NCBI GenBank assembly: GCA_041661405.1
Contig: JBAZUL010000010.1
Coordinates: 1 to 63,866, forward strand
Direction of reading: 5' to 3'
Source of the DNA: Patescibacteria group bacterium
GTDB taxonomy: Bacteria; Patescibacteriota; Patescibacteriia; Patescibacteriales; JBAZCA01
Length of the DNA: 63,866 nt
A program made the position numbers and the translations under genes. Below are positions 47,600 to 56,631 of the stretch, one piece after another (positions within the stretch are counted from its first letter, which is position 1; each line of letters begins with the position of its first letter). The notes beneath the pieces were generated by a model, which was not told the DNA's origin, searched no databases, and saw only the letters and a program-made list of their open reading frames with translations.

Positions 47600-47767
47600 A
47601 TGAACTTTTCAACAATTTTCAGTAAAAAAAGCAAAACAACGAGTTTTAACGATCTGTCTTCAAGAGAAAAGAAAAAAATTATGAGAGGGGCTATAGAAAA
47701 GGCGAACAAGGAGCAATATGACATGGTTAAAGCTTACAGAGAAACAAAGTGCCACGCCCAAAATTAA
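47600..47767 (+). CDS. Small basic protein following the zeta-like remnant (putative antitoxin)
   Basis: RBS AAAGGTGA; MNFSTIFSKKSKTTSFNDLSSREKKKIMRGAIEKANKEQYDMVKAYRETKCHAQN. Confidence 0.55.
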   Translation: MNFSTIFSKKSKTTSFNDLSSREKKKIMRGAIEKANKEQYDMVKAYRETKCHAQN

Positions 47768-47832
47768 TTTTATCATAGATAAATTTTAAACGATATTTTA
47801 CCGCTTAAAATAAATAAAATTGTGCGTGCCAT

Positions 47833-47870
47833 AAAAAAACCGGCTAAATAAATCATAGGCCGGTTTTTTT
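47833..47870. terminator. Bidirectional terminator between the small ORF and ftsX
   Basis: AAAAAAACCGGCT...GGCCGGTTTTTTT. Confidence 0.65.
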
Positions 47871-47881
47871 ATGAAAAAATT

Positions 47882-48793
47882 TTACACCTTTGAATACTTG
47901 CTTACCGCGATAAGGCTGGCGACGGCGTTGACGGCGGCCAGGGCGAGAAACTGCAAACCAAAAATCCGCAGAAAATTATCGGAAAAATATGAAATGATAT
48001 CAATGTTATAATCTATAAAAAAGGCTTCAAGGTACGGCTGTAAAAGACCGAGGAACGGAAAAAATATTACTATCACTACGAGGAGGCCGACAAACGTGTA
48101 GATGACGCTGGAAAAAAGGTATGGCATTTTAATGAATGAGCTTGAGGCGCCGACCAGGCGCATAATACCGATTTCCCGGCGGTGGATGTAAATCGCCACC
48201 CGGATGGAATTGTAAACGAGAAGCGCGGTGATGAGGACGAAAATCAGGCTGATGATCGCTCCGGCCTCGGAAACTTTTTTCGTTATAGCGTCAATTTTTT
48301 TTAAGATCATTTTATGGTCGTTAAAATTTCGCGATTCAATCGCCGGACTGTCAATTTCGTTTATTTTTGATATGAGCGCCCCGTACTGGTCAATGTCTTT
48401 GGCCTGGATAACGAGAGTCGGAGTAAGGGGGTTATCGTTTAATTCTTTCAAGGCTTCCAGAATTTCCGGATCGCCCTTGTGCTTTTCGTTGAATTTTTCC
48501 ATAGCTTCCTCTTTGGAAATATAGCGGACCGCCTTTACTTCTTCCAAATTGGACACTTTTGACTGAACCGCGAGGATTTCCTCTTTCTTGGAATCGGATT
48601 TAAGGTAAAGATTGATGTCAATTTTTTCTTTTACCGAATCAATGGCCGCCCGGCTGATAACTTCAACCGTTAAAAGCATGTTGACGGAAAAAAGCGCGAG
48701 GATGAGGATTGTAATCGTAACAATGCTTAGCCAGATATTGCGGTAAATATCCTGCAGGCTGAATTTTATTACGCGGATTAAGGATAAAAACAT
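47882..48793 (-). CDS. ftsX: Cell division ABC transporter permease FtsX
   Basis: Four TM helices; YNSIRVAIY..RREIGIMRLVGAS..FIKMP. Confidence 0.93.
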   Translation of the reverse strand: MFLSLIRVIKFSLQDIYRNIWLSIVTITILILALFSVNMLLTVEVISRAAIDSVKEKIDINLYLKSDSKKEEILAVQSKVSNLEEVKAVRYISKEEAMEKFNEKHKGDPEILEALKELNDNPLTPTLVIQAKDIDQYGALISKINEIDSPAIESRNFNDHKMILKKIDAITKKVSEAGAIISLIFVLITALLVYNSIRVAIYIHRREIGIMRLVGASSSFIKMPYLFSSVIYTFVGLLVVIVIFFPFLGLLQPYLEAFFIDYNIDIISYFSDNFLRIFGLQFLALAAVNAVASLIAVSKYSKV

Positions 48794-48835
48794 AAGAGTA
48801 AACTACAAAATACGAAATTTAGTATTTAGCAGAGT

Positions 48836-49516
48836 TTATAATATATATTTCCCGCACTCCTGATCGCTTACGACGCAGCCGCAATCAAGGGTAACGACCC
48901 GTCGCTTCAAGCGGTTTACCACCTCGCGGTTATGGGTGACTAAGACTACGGTCGTGCCGAATTTATTTATTTTCAAAAGCAAATCAATAATCTCTTTCGT
49001 ATTGATTGAATCAAGATTGCCGGTCGGCTCGTCGGCTAAAAGTATTTTCGGCCGGTGGACGAGCGCCCGGGCGATGACGGCGCGCTGCTGTTCTCCGCCG
49101 GAAACTTCATTCGGGTAGCGGCGCATCTTATCTTCCAGCCCGACGATTTTCATGACGTGCGGGACGATGGTCTTTATCTTTTTCGGCGCCTGGCCGCAGA
49201 CTTGCAAAGCGAACGCGACGTTTTCCTCCAATGTTTTTTTCGGCAATAATTTAAAATCCTGAAAAATCACTCCAATCTGACGGCGAAGAAAAGGGACGTC
49301 GGCGGACCGCAACCGGGTAATATCCCAGCCGCCAATAATAACTTTTCCCGCGTCAACCCGCTCTTCGCCTATCAATGATTTTATGACCGTGGTTTTTCCG
49401 GTTCCCGACTGTCCGACTATGGAAACAAACTCACCCGGCTTAATATGCAAAGTTACCTGGTTTAAAGCCTTAATGTCCGGCTGGTAAATTTTTGAAACAT
49501 TTAAAAGTTTTATCAC
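48836..49516 (-). CDS. ftsE: Cell division ATP-binding protein FtsE
   Basis: GQSGTGKTT, IGVIFQDFKLL, SGGEQQR, ADEPTGNLD. Confidence 0.95.
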   Translation of the reverse strand: MIKLLNVSKIYQPDIKALNQVTLHIKPGEFVSIVGQSGTGKTTVIKSLIGEERVDAGKVIIGGWDITRLRSADVPFLRRQIGVIFQDFKLLPKKTLEENVAFALQVCGQAPKKIKTIVPHVMKIVGLEDKMRRYPNEVSGGEQQRAVIARALVHRPKILLADEPTGNLDSINTKEIIDLLLKINKFGTTVVLVTHNREVVNRLKRRVVTLDCGCVVSDQECGKYIL

Positions 49517-49551
49517 AAATTTTTATTATGGGACAATAAATAAAAATAATT

Positions 49552-51210
49552 TTACCCGCCGTAAGCCAGATTTTTATTGGCTTCATTTTTCTCAACCGCC
49601 AAAAGCCCCCAGCGGATTAGATCTTCAGTTTTAGAAAAACTTTCCGCCCGGGTTTTCGCGCCCATAGTTACGACAATCAGGTTGTCGCCGTTCCCGGCTT
49701 TTACCCGCGACATGAGGCAATAAAGCGCTTCGTTTAAGTAGCCGGTTTTTGATCCGGTAAATTCATACTTTCCTTCGCGAACCAGCAGGTTCGTATTGTT
49801 TATGGAATGGCTTATTTCTTTTCCGTCCGGCTTAACGGTTGTGAATTTATATACCGCCGTTACGCTCGCGGCCTTAATAACCGGATCATCCAAAACCTCT
49901 CCCGCTATTATAGCATAATCTCCGGCCGAACTCACGTTTTCCGGAGCGAGGCCGGTCGGCTCAATAAAGCGCGTGTTCAGAGCGCCGTAAGATTTAACAA
50001 GCTCGTTCATCCTTTTTATGAATTCCTCGCGGGTCAGGCCCGAAACCCGAACCAGTGTTTCTACCGTGTTATTAGTTGAGCCGACCAAGCTTGAATAAAC
50101 GAGATCTTTTATAGTCAAAGTTTCACCTTCTTCCAGGCTGAGCTTCCCCGACTCCCAGGGCTTGCAGTAAAGATAATTATACTCCGCGTCTTTAACGCTG
50201 TAAGCGGCGGTCTCCGAAAGATCGGGATGAACTTCCAAAAAAACTTTTACGGCGACGATTTTCGTCAGGCTGGCGAGAGGAAAAGTTGATGAGGCGTTTT
50301 GCGAATGGATAATTTCTCCGGTATCTTCATTCATGACAATCGCCGCGCGAAAAACGCTATCCGGCGAAACAGGCGCTCCCCGATCATACTGGGCGAGTTT
50401 TATTTTCAGGTCGCCGGTTATCGCCAGCGGTTCAACATAAATGCCGGCGGTACCGTCTGAGACTGAAGCGATTTTAGCGAAAGCTTCCTTAGTCAAATCC
50501 ACTACCCGGTCAGGATGGACTTTTCGGTCGGGTCCAAAGTCATTAATAGTAACGTCAACATACTTATCCGAATTTACGGCATGCACCCGGAGCCTTGAAC
50601 CGGACGGAAAATCCGGCGACGCGGCATACAGGCCTTTTTTATAGCTATACCAGCTCGCCCGGCCGCTCGTTAAAATATTCGGATTGGAAAAAACCGCGAT
50701 CCGGGCGTAAGGAAGATGGATTAATGACCGGACAAAATTCTCTTGCGGGTTATCCCAAGTAGGAAGCGCGCGCCAGGCGGCTACGGTTTTATCGTAAAAG
50801 AAGACCTGCTTCATTCCCGCGTCTTCCTTGTCGTAACTGAATTGGATGTAAAAAGGCTTATGGTTGTCGTAAGCGGCCTTATTTTTAAATTCAAACTGCA
50901 TGACCGGGCTGATTCTTTCCAGTTCCCAAGGGTAAGAAAAAGGCTCATCCAGTTTCAGGATTTCCACCGGCGTATCTTCGCTTAGGATCCCCGGCACGAG
51001 CGAAAGCTTTAGGCTGTTATCCGGATAAGCGACGGTATAGCCTTTGGCGATTGTCGCCTTGTCAAGAGTTATACGATAAGGCTCCCCGGATTCAGCGCCT
51101 TTTACGCTTCCCGATACCGCAAAAACTCCGAACGACAAGACAAAAAGATAGGCGAAAATTGAATTTTTTATTTTCATGGTCTGCATTTTGTTATTAATTA
51201 ATTTTGACAT
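49552..51210 (-). CDS. Exported fusion of an N-terminal beta domain, an RlpA-like double-psi beta-barrel and peptidase S11
   Basis: RBS AGGAGG; ASWY...AAS..FP.GS.LRV...INDFGP...VDLT..AF (RlpA); ASLTK, STN, KTG (S11). Confidence 0.85.
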   Translation of the reverse strand: MSKLINNKMQTMKIKNSIFAYLFVLSFGVFAVSGSVKGAESGEPYRITLDKATIAKGYTVAYPDNSLKLSLVPGILSEDTPVEILKLDEPFSYPWELERISPVMQFEFKNKAAYDNHKPFYIQFSYDKEDAGMKQVFFYDKTVAAWRALPTWDNPQENFVRSLIHLPYARIAVFSNPNILTSGRASWYSYKKGLYAASPDFPSGSRLRVHAVNSDKYVDVTINDFGPDRKVHPDRVVDLTKEAFAKIASVSDGTAGIYVEPLAITGDLKIKLAQYDRGAPVSPDSVFRAAIVMNEDTGEIIHSQNASSTFPLASLTKIVAVKVFLEVHPDLSETAAYSVKDAEYNYLYCKPWESGKLSLEEGETLTIKDLVYSSLVGSTNNTVETLVRVSGLTREEFIKRMNELVKSYGALNTRFIEPTGLAPENVSSAGDYAIIAGEVLDDPVIKAASVTAVYKFTTVKPDGKEISHSINNTNLLVREGKYEFTGSKTGYLNEALYCLMSRVKAGNGDNLIVVTMGAKTRAESFSKTEDLIRWGLLAVEKNEANKNLAYGG

Positions 51211-51238
51211 TTACTCCTCCTTTCATTATCATGATCAG

Positions 51239-51416
51239 TGAGATAGTTACAAAATTACTTTTAAGTGAGATTTAGAACTTTTTGGCTAAGACGAGGAAAG
51301 CCAGCGAAAGGATTTGAGGCGTAGCAGAGCTACGGTGAAAATCATTTCGCGCCAGCTTGACGAAGTATTAGCCAAAAAGGACAAATCGTAGCAAAAGGAA
51401 TTTTGCAACTATCTCA
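51239..51416. mobile_element. 178-bp MITE-like quasi-palindromic element
   Basis: 18-bp TIRs TGAGATAGTTACAAAATT / AATTTTGCAACTATCTCA (one mismatch); inner IR CTTTTTGGCTAA/TTAGCCAAAAAG; central CGTAGC-AGA-GCTACG. Confidence 0.65.
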
Positions 51417-51465
51417 TTATAACAGATATGTTTCGGATGGCCAAACTCTTCTTTGAAACAGTTTC

Positions 51466-51537
51466 GCGGGTGTCGTATAGTGGCTATTATGCAAGCTTCC
51501 CAAGCTTGAGAGGGCGGTTCGATTCCGCTCACCCGCT
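51466..51537 (+). tRNA. tRNA-Gly(CCC)
   Basis: Acceptor GCGGGTG/CACCCGC, anticodon arm CAAGC-TT-CCC-AA-GCTTG, T-loop GGTTCGATTCC. Confidence 0.95.
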
Positions 51538-51566
51538 CCCAGGATATTGCAACTGGCAATTTCAAT

Positions 51567-51639
51567 GCCGCCTTAGCTCAGCCGGTAGAGCAACGCACTC
51601 GTAACGCGTAGGTCCCGAGTTCGAATCTCGGAGGCGGCT
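51567..51639 (+). tRNA. tRNA-Thr(CGT)
   Basis: Acceptor GCCGCCT/AGGCGGC, D-arm AGCTCAGCCGGTAGAGC, anticodon CGT, T-loop AGTTCGAATCT. Confidence 0.95.
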
Positions 51640-51664
51640 CCGATAGAATCGTAAAGCAAGAGTT

Positions 51665-51730
51665 TGATCCCGCCCTTCGTAAAGGGCGGGATCATCCCGT
51701 CCCGCAGTATTGCGGGATAAGGCATGCGGG
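51665..51730. repeat. Cluster of nested TCCCG...CGGGA hairpins
   Basis: TGATCCCGCCCTTCGTAAAGGGCGGGATCA; TCCCGCAGTATTGCGGGA; AAGGCATGCGGG shared with the 51-nt repeat. Confidence 0.7.
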
Positions 51731-51756
51731 GCGAATCCCACTTTTGGCTCAAATTT

Positions 51757-53304
51757 TCAATCCCGCGCCAGCTTAAAAACTCTTAGGCCCGCCTTCTTCT
51801 CCGCGAGATACTCATCCAAGGTTTTTGCTTTGACAAAAACATAATCAACCTGATCGGATTTTTTTTCATCAATTCCGCTAAATTTCAAAATATAATAACC
51901 GTCTTTAGCGTAAATAACCGGGCTGATTTCTTCAGGCTTGGTAATTCCGCTAAACCCATCAGACTGAAGCCCTAAATCGGCGAGCTGAGCCGTCCCGGAC
52001 TTATCGGCGTATTTAGCGGCTCCGCTGTAAAAACCTTCTTCAGAAATGAGTTCATGAATTTTTTTTATTCGCGCGATTGGCACTTTATTTATCTCCTCAT
52101 CCTTAATAATTAATCTCCCGAGCGTCTCTTTCTGGCCTTCCCCTCCGGTCAGCGGCGCCCTTAAAGCGTAGCGCCAATAAAGCCGGTCTAAGGCGATTTT
52201 CTCAATAAAATAATCGTCCATTTCTTCCGCCGCGAGCCCGCTTTCCTTCATCGCGTCGGCATAGGTAAAATAGCCGACCACCCACTCTTTCGTAAACAGG
52301 GCCGGAACCGGCGGAAAAAATTCTCCCGCCCGCCTCATGTTTGGGTTATCAATTTGAAATACAAGTAGAGCCGCGGAAAAAACAATATACAAAATAAAAT
52401 AAACCGCGAAAAGCCCTAAAACCGGCAACCGGGAATATTTAACAAAAGCAAACGTTCCGTCTTTAAGACCCTTTCCAAACCGCTTTATCCCGTCCGCGAT
52501 TTTCACTACCGATTCTTTCATTCTTTTCTTTCTTTCTTCGCGCTTTATTTTTTTCCGCGCCTTTTTCCGTTTCTTCTCTTTTTCTTTCTCTTCCTTGTCT
52601 TTCTTTTTTTTCTCCTCCAACAGCTTCCGGCTTAACTCTGATTTTTTCTTTTCCTCTTCTTCCCGCCGCTTCTTCTCCGCTTCTCTTCTTTCTTCTTCCG
52701 CAATCTTTAAAAGTATCGCTTTTTGTTTCTCTTCCTCTTCTTTCATCCGCCAGGCTTCTCTCTCCTTAAGACTTCTTTCTTTTTCCTCTTCTTCCCGTCT
52801 TTTCCTGTCCGCCTCCTTTATCCGCCTCACCTCTTCGGATCTTTTATTTTCCGCTTCCCGCTTCAGGTCTTCCTGTTTTAACCTGGTTTCTTCTTCTTCG
52901 CTCCGCTCTTCTTCTTGCCGGACTTTTTCTTCTTCCTCTTTCTTTTCCCTTAGCAGTTTATTTATTTTTTCCTTATCCCCGGCATATTCTTCTTTTTTTA
53001 AATCTCCGGCCAGAGGTAAATTGCGGCCATCTCCGCTTGCCCTGCTTCTGGTTTTTGTTATACCGTCAAATCCCGACGGTCTTTTAGAGCGTCCGAATAA
53101 AGCAGACTTCATTACTAATTGAGCATTCTTATCTGGCGACTGGCGCGCTGGCGGGGTATTCTCCGGGTCTTTTTCACCGATAGTCTTAAGTACCAGCCTC
53201 CTTGATCTTTCCCGATTAAAATGATCTACCTCCCTTTGCTCCGCCGAACGCGGAACTCGGGAGGAATCATTAAGTTTTCTTATGCCATCAAGACTTTTTC
53301 CCAT
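51757..53304 (-). CDS. Membrane protein with a long E/K/R-rich helix and a degenerate SurA/PrsA-like exported domain
   Basis: About 150-aa charged tract, one TM (LPVLGLFAVYFILYIVFSAALLVF), C-terminal AAKYAD...DLG...EISPVI..KDGYYILK. Confidence 0.6.
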   Translation of the reverse strand: MGKSLDGIRKLNDSSRVPRSAEQREVDHFNRERSRRLVLKTIGEKDPENTPPARQSPDKNAQLVMKSALFGRSKRPSGFDGITKTRSRASGDGRNLPLAGDLKKEEYAGDKEKINKLLREKKEEEEKVRQEEERSEEEETRLKQEDLKREAENKRSEEVRRIKEADRKRREEEEKERSLKEREAWRMKEEEEKQKAILLKIAEEERREAEKKRREEEEKKKSELSRKLLEEKKKKDKEEKEKEKKRKKARKKIKREERKKRMKESVVKIADGIKRFGKGLKDGTFAFVKYSRLPVLGLFAVYFILYIVFSAALLVFQIDNPNMRRAGEFFPPVPALFTKEWVVGYFTYADAMKESGLAAEEMDDYFIEKIALDRLYWRYALRAPLTGGEGQKETLGRLIIKDEEINKVPIARIKKIHELISEEGFYSGAAKYADKSGTAQLADLGLQSDGFSGITKPEEISPVIYAKDGYYILKFSGIDEKKSDQVDYVFVKAKTLDEYLAEKKAGLRVFKLARD

Positions 53305-53310
53305 ATCGGC

Positions 53311-53745
53311 CTATTTCTTAAAAAAATATTTAAACCATTTTTCCGGATTAGTCTTCGGTTTTTCCGGCGGCAGATTATTAAGCCCCGGCATGTTATAAAC
53401 CGAGCCGGGCTCTTTTTCCTTTTCCGTTTCAGGAACCGAACTTTTAATACCGATGACTTCCTCGCCGTTTTTTTTCAACGAAAGTTTCAGCCGGGCCTCG
53501 CCCTCTATAAACTGATCCGATTCAAGATAGCTTGCCAGTTCCTTTAAACCGCTGTTTTTCTCTTCAATTCGGCTGATTTCTTCCCGCATTTTCTCCACCT
53601 CTTCGTCTATTCTATGCCTTTGGCTTAAATTTTTCGCCAAAGGAAAACTAAGCAACGTTAAAATTGAGACCCCTAAAACCGTAAGAAATATCCGCGAGGA
53701 AAAAAAACGGCCGGCTAAATTTTTTCTGTTTCTTTCCTGGTTCAT
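53311..53745 (-). CDS. Septum formation initiator (DivIC/FtsB family)
   Basis: TM, coiled coil, then FIEGEARLKLSLKKNGEEVI. Confidence 0.8.
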   Translation of the reverse strand: MNQERNRKNLAGRFFSSRIFLTVLGVSILTLLSFPLAKNLSQRHRIDEEVEKMREEISRIEEKNSGLKELASYLESDQFIEGEARLKLSLKKNGEEVIGIKSSVPETEKEKEPGSVYNMPGLNNLPPEKPKTNPEKWFKYFFKK

Positions 53746-56489
53746 GTTTTTTTGGATACCGCCAGATTATTTCTGGCATCGTCTCCTGATTTTCTGAAGT
53801 AATACTTTACCAATTCAATCAGCAGGATATTCAATGCCCCGACCGAAATTATAAGCGGCCAGACGTTAAGCTCCAGGTCAACGGTAGAGAGAAGAACCTG
53901 AAACGGGGCGAAATAAATGGCCGAGACCAGCAGGGCGAGACTGGCGGATACGGCGGCCAAAAGGCGGGGATTACCGAGCGGATTCATCCGCCAAACCGGA
54001 ATTTCAAAGCTCCTTAAACTGAAAATATATAAAAGCGAATCAAACCCGGCGCAGGCGAATATGACAGTCCGTATGTAATCAATATTATAATACTCTTTCA
54101 GTAAATAGTAAAAAATTCCGAAGACAAAAATATCGCTTATCACTCCGGCGGCGATGACGATGGTTTTCATCTCCCGGTTAAAAATCGGTTCATTTTTCGG
54201 CCGGGGCTTTCTTTCCATTACTCCGGCTTCGCCTTTTTCAAAGGAAAGGGCAAAGCTCGGCAGACTGTCGTTTACTATATTGATCCAGAGAATCTGCGCC
54301 GGAAGGATGGCGAGCGGCAGGCGGAATAAAAGACAGCCGGCGATTAAAATCATCTCGGAAAAACTGTCGGACAAAAGATAAATCATCACCTTTCGGATGT
54401 TGGAAAAAATAACCCGTCCCTGCCGGACGGCCGAAACAATGGTGGAAAAATTATCGTTTAAAAGGACAATGTCGGCGGCTTCCTTTACCGCGTCGGTTCC
54501 CGACCCGAGGGCTATTCCTATGTCTGATGATTTTATGGCCGGCGCGTCGTTAACGCCGTCTCCGGCCATGGCGACCACCTCCCCCCGCTCTTTTAAAGCC
54601 TTGATGATGCGCAGTTTGTGGTGCGGGCTTACCCGGGCGTAAAGGTTCACGCCGGAACATTTTTCCAGAAGCTCCCGGTCATCCATTAAATCAAGCTCCG
54701 GACCGGTAAGAATGCATTTTTCGCTAATTTTCAATCCGGCCTCGCGGGCGATTGAAGCGGCGGTGAGTTTGTAATCCCCGGTAATAATCACCGGCCGGAT
54801 ACCGGCTTTACCGCACATTTCTATGGTTTGGCGCGCTTCAGCCCGAAGCGGGTCTTTTAAAACCATCAGTCCGGCAAAAACCAATTTTTCGCAAAGCTTA
54901 TTCGGATCATTTTCTTTTTCCCCTTCCGGAACGGCGCGGTAAGCGAGAGCGAGAACCCGGAGGCCTTCGGAGGCCAGTTTCTTAAACTCAAAAATTATAT
55001 CCTCGCGCTGTTTTTTCGCCATGATCCTAACTTTGGTTCCCTCTAAAAAATAGCGCGAACAGTTTAAAATCACTTCCGGCGCGCCCTTGGCGAAGAGGAC
55101 TCTTCCGGCGGTTATGAACTTATTTTTCTTTTTCACGGCGTGCAAAGTGGCCATGAATTTTTTTTCCGAATCAAAAGGAATTTCATCCAGGCGCGGGTAT
55201 TCTTCTTTTTCCTGAAAATAGTTAAACCCCGCCTGGATAGGGGCGAGCATGGCGGCCGAATCAGTCGGCGAGCCGATAATTTTTGAAATGTTGGCGTCTT
55301 TGGCCGTCCCGTCAGTGATCTCGCCCTCGGGAAAAGCGTCGTTGGCATGCAGGCCGATGCGGAGAGCATGAAAAACAAGCTCCGGATCTTCGTGCTTAAA
55401 TTCCCCTTTTACGAGGTCAATTTTCTGGTCCGGAAAAATCAGGTTTACCACCTGCATTTTTCCTTCGGTCAGGGTGCCGGTTTTGTCGGCGCAAATTACG
55501 GTAACAGAACCCAAAGTTTCGGTTGCCGAGAGTTTGCGGACCAGGGCTTTTTCGCGGACAAGAGCCTGCGTGCCGATGGTTAAAATCACGGTAATGGCGA
55601 TCGGCAATCCTTCGGGTATGGAAGAAACCGCTATGGCTACGCTCGCGAGAAAAATCTGGAAAAGATCATATCCGGCGGCGGCTCCGGCGAAGAATATTAA
55701 AGCGCAGAGGAAGAGGATTAGGAGGCCGACCTGATTGGAAAACTTTTTTAACCGCTCCTGCAAAGGGGTGGCTTCTTCCTCAACCGACTCGGCAAGCCGG
55801 ACGATTTTCCCGATTTCGGTATTAAGGCCGGTCGCGGCGACAACTGCTTTGGCGTTTCCTTTTATGGCAACGGTTCCCATGTAAGCCATTCCGGTCCGGT
55901 CGCCTAAAGCGCTCCCGACTCCGTTCTTTTCCGCTGACTTTTTTACCGGAATCGCCTCGCCGGTAAGGATCGCCTCGTTTATTTCCAATTCCTCACATTC
56001 AAAAATCCGGCAATCAGCCGGGACGCTTAACCCGCCTAATAAGTAAACAACATCGCCCGGCGCGAGCTCGGCGGCCGGAATTTTTTTGTTCTCCCCGTCC
56101 CGCAAAACCAGAGCGGTCGGAACCATAAGGCTGGCGATTTTTTTAAGCGACTCATTGGCTTTATCTTCCTGTAAAAATCCGATAACCGCGTTTACTATGA
56201 GCGCCGCGAAAATAACTCCGGCGTCAATGAAATGGCCGAAGCCGAGGGAAACCGCCCCGGCAACGATAAGAATATAAATCAGCGGACTTTTAAACTGGGA
56301 AAAAAAGAGTCCTAGCCTGCCGGATTTTTCTCTTTCCGGAAGCGAATTTTTTCCAAAGGCGGCGAGCTTCTTTGCCGCTTCAGCGGAAGTTAATCCCGAC
56401 GCTCCCGACGAAAGCGCCGAAAAAACCGCCTTAATGCCCATGGCATGCCAATTCGCTTCCTTTGTTAATAATTCTTTCGAGTTTTCCAT
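53742..56489 (-). CDS. P2-type cation-transporting ATPase (Ca2+-like)
   Basis: TGE, PEGLP, DKTGT, KGAPE, GDGVND; start MENS (56507 possible). Confidence 0.93.
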   Translation of the reverse strand: MENSKELLTKEANWHAMGIKAVFSALSSGASGLTSAEAAKKLAAFGKNSLPEREKSGRLGLFFSQFKSPLIYILIVAGAVSLGFGHFIDAGVIFAALIVNAVIGFLQEDKANESLKKIASLMVPTALVLRDGENKKIPAAELAPGDVVYLLGGLSVPADCRIFECEELEINEAILTGEAIPVKKSAEKNGVGSALGDRTGMAYMGTVAIKGNAKAVVAATGLNTEIGKIVRLAESVEEEATPLQERLKKFSNQVGLLILFLCALIFFAGAAAGYDLFQIFLASVAIAVSSIPEGLPIAITVILTIGTQALVREKALVRKLSATETLGSVTVICADKTGTLTEGKMQVVNLIFPDQKIDLVKGEFKHEDPELVFHALRIGLHANDAFPEGEITDGTAKDANISKIIGSPTDSAAMLAPIQAGFNYFQEKEEYPRLDEIPFDSEKKFMATLHAVKKKNKFITAGRVLFAKGAPEVILNCSRYFLEGTKVRIMAKKQREDIIFEFKKLASEGLRVLALAYRAVPEGEKENDPNKLCEKLVFAGLMVLKDPLRAEARQTIEMCGKAGIRPVIITGDYKLTAASIAREAGLKISEKCILTGPELDLMDDRELLEKCSGVNLYARVSPHHKLRIIKALKERGEVVAMAGDGVNDAPAIKSSDIGIALGSGTDAVKEAADIVLLNDNFSTIVSAVRQGRVIFSNIRKVMIYLLSDSFSEMILIAGCLLFRLPLAILPAQILWINIVNDSLPSFALSFEKGEAGVMERKPRPKNEPIFNREMKTIVIAAGVISDIFVFGIFYYLLKEYYNIDYIRTVIFACAGFDSLLYIFSLRSFEIPVWRMNPLGNPRLLAAVSASLALLVSAIYFAPFQVLLSTVDLELNVWPLIISVGALNILLIELVKYYFRKSGDDARNNLAVSKKT

Positions 56490-56579
56490 GATGTGAAAAT
56501 TATTCAATAAAAATCGCTCCGCTAAAATACCGCAACTATATTATTATAACACATTTTTGCTAATGGCTGAAACAACAAA

Positions 56580-56616
56580 AAACGCCCCTTTCTCTATAAA
56601 ACAGGGAAAGGGGCGC
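56580..56616 (-). terminator. Terminator after the malic enzyme gene
   Basis: CGCCCCTTTC...GAAAGGGGCG with a flanking A run. Confidence 0.65.
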
Positions 56617-56631
56617 GAGCAATGAAAAAAC

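Noticed and set aside
45400-47880. attR duplicate of the tRNA-Gln 3' end
   Set aside because: No second copy of GGTCCCCGAGCCA or a close variant was found by eye.
51368-51565. 65-aa minus-strand ORF
   Set aside because: Antisense to tRNA-Gly and overlapping the MITE-like element.
51659-51752. AGAGTTTGATCC ... TGGCTC resembling the 16S rRNA 5' end (27F site)
   Set aside because: Only a 12-nt match with no following rRNA sequence; GATCC is part of a local hairpin arm.
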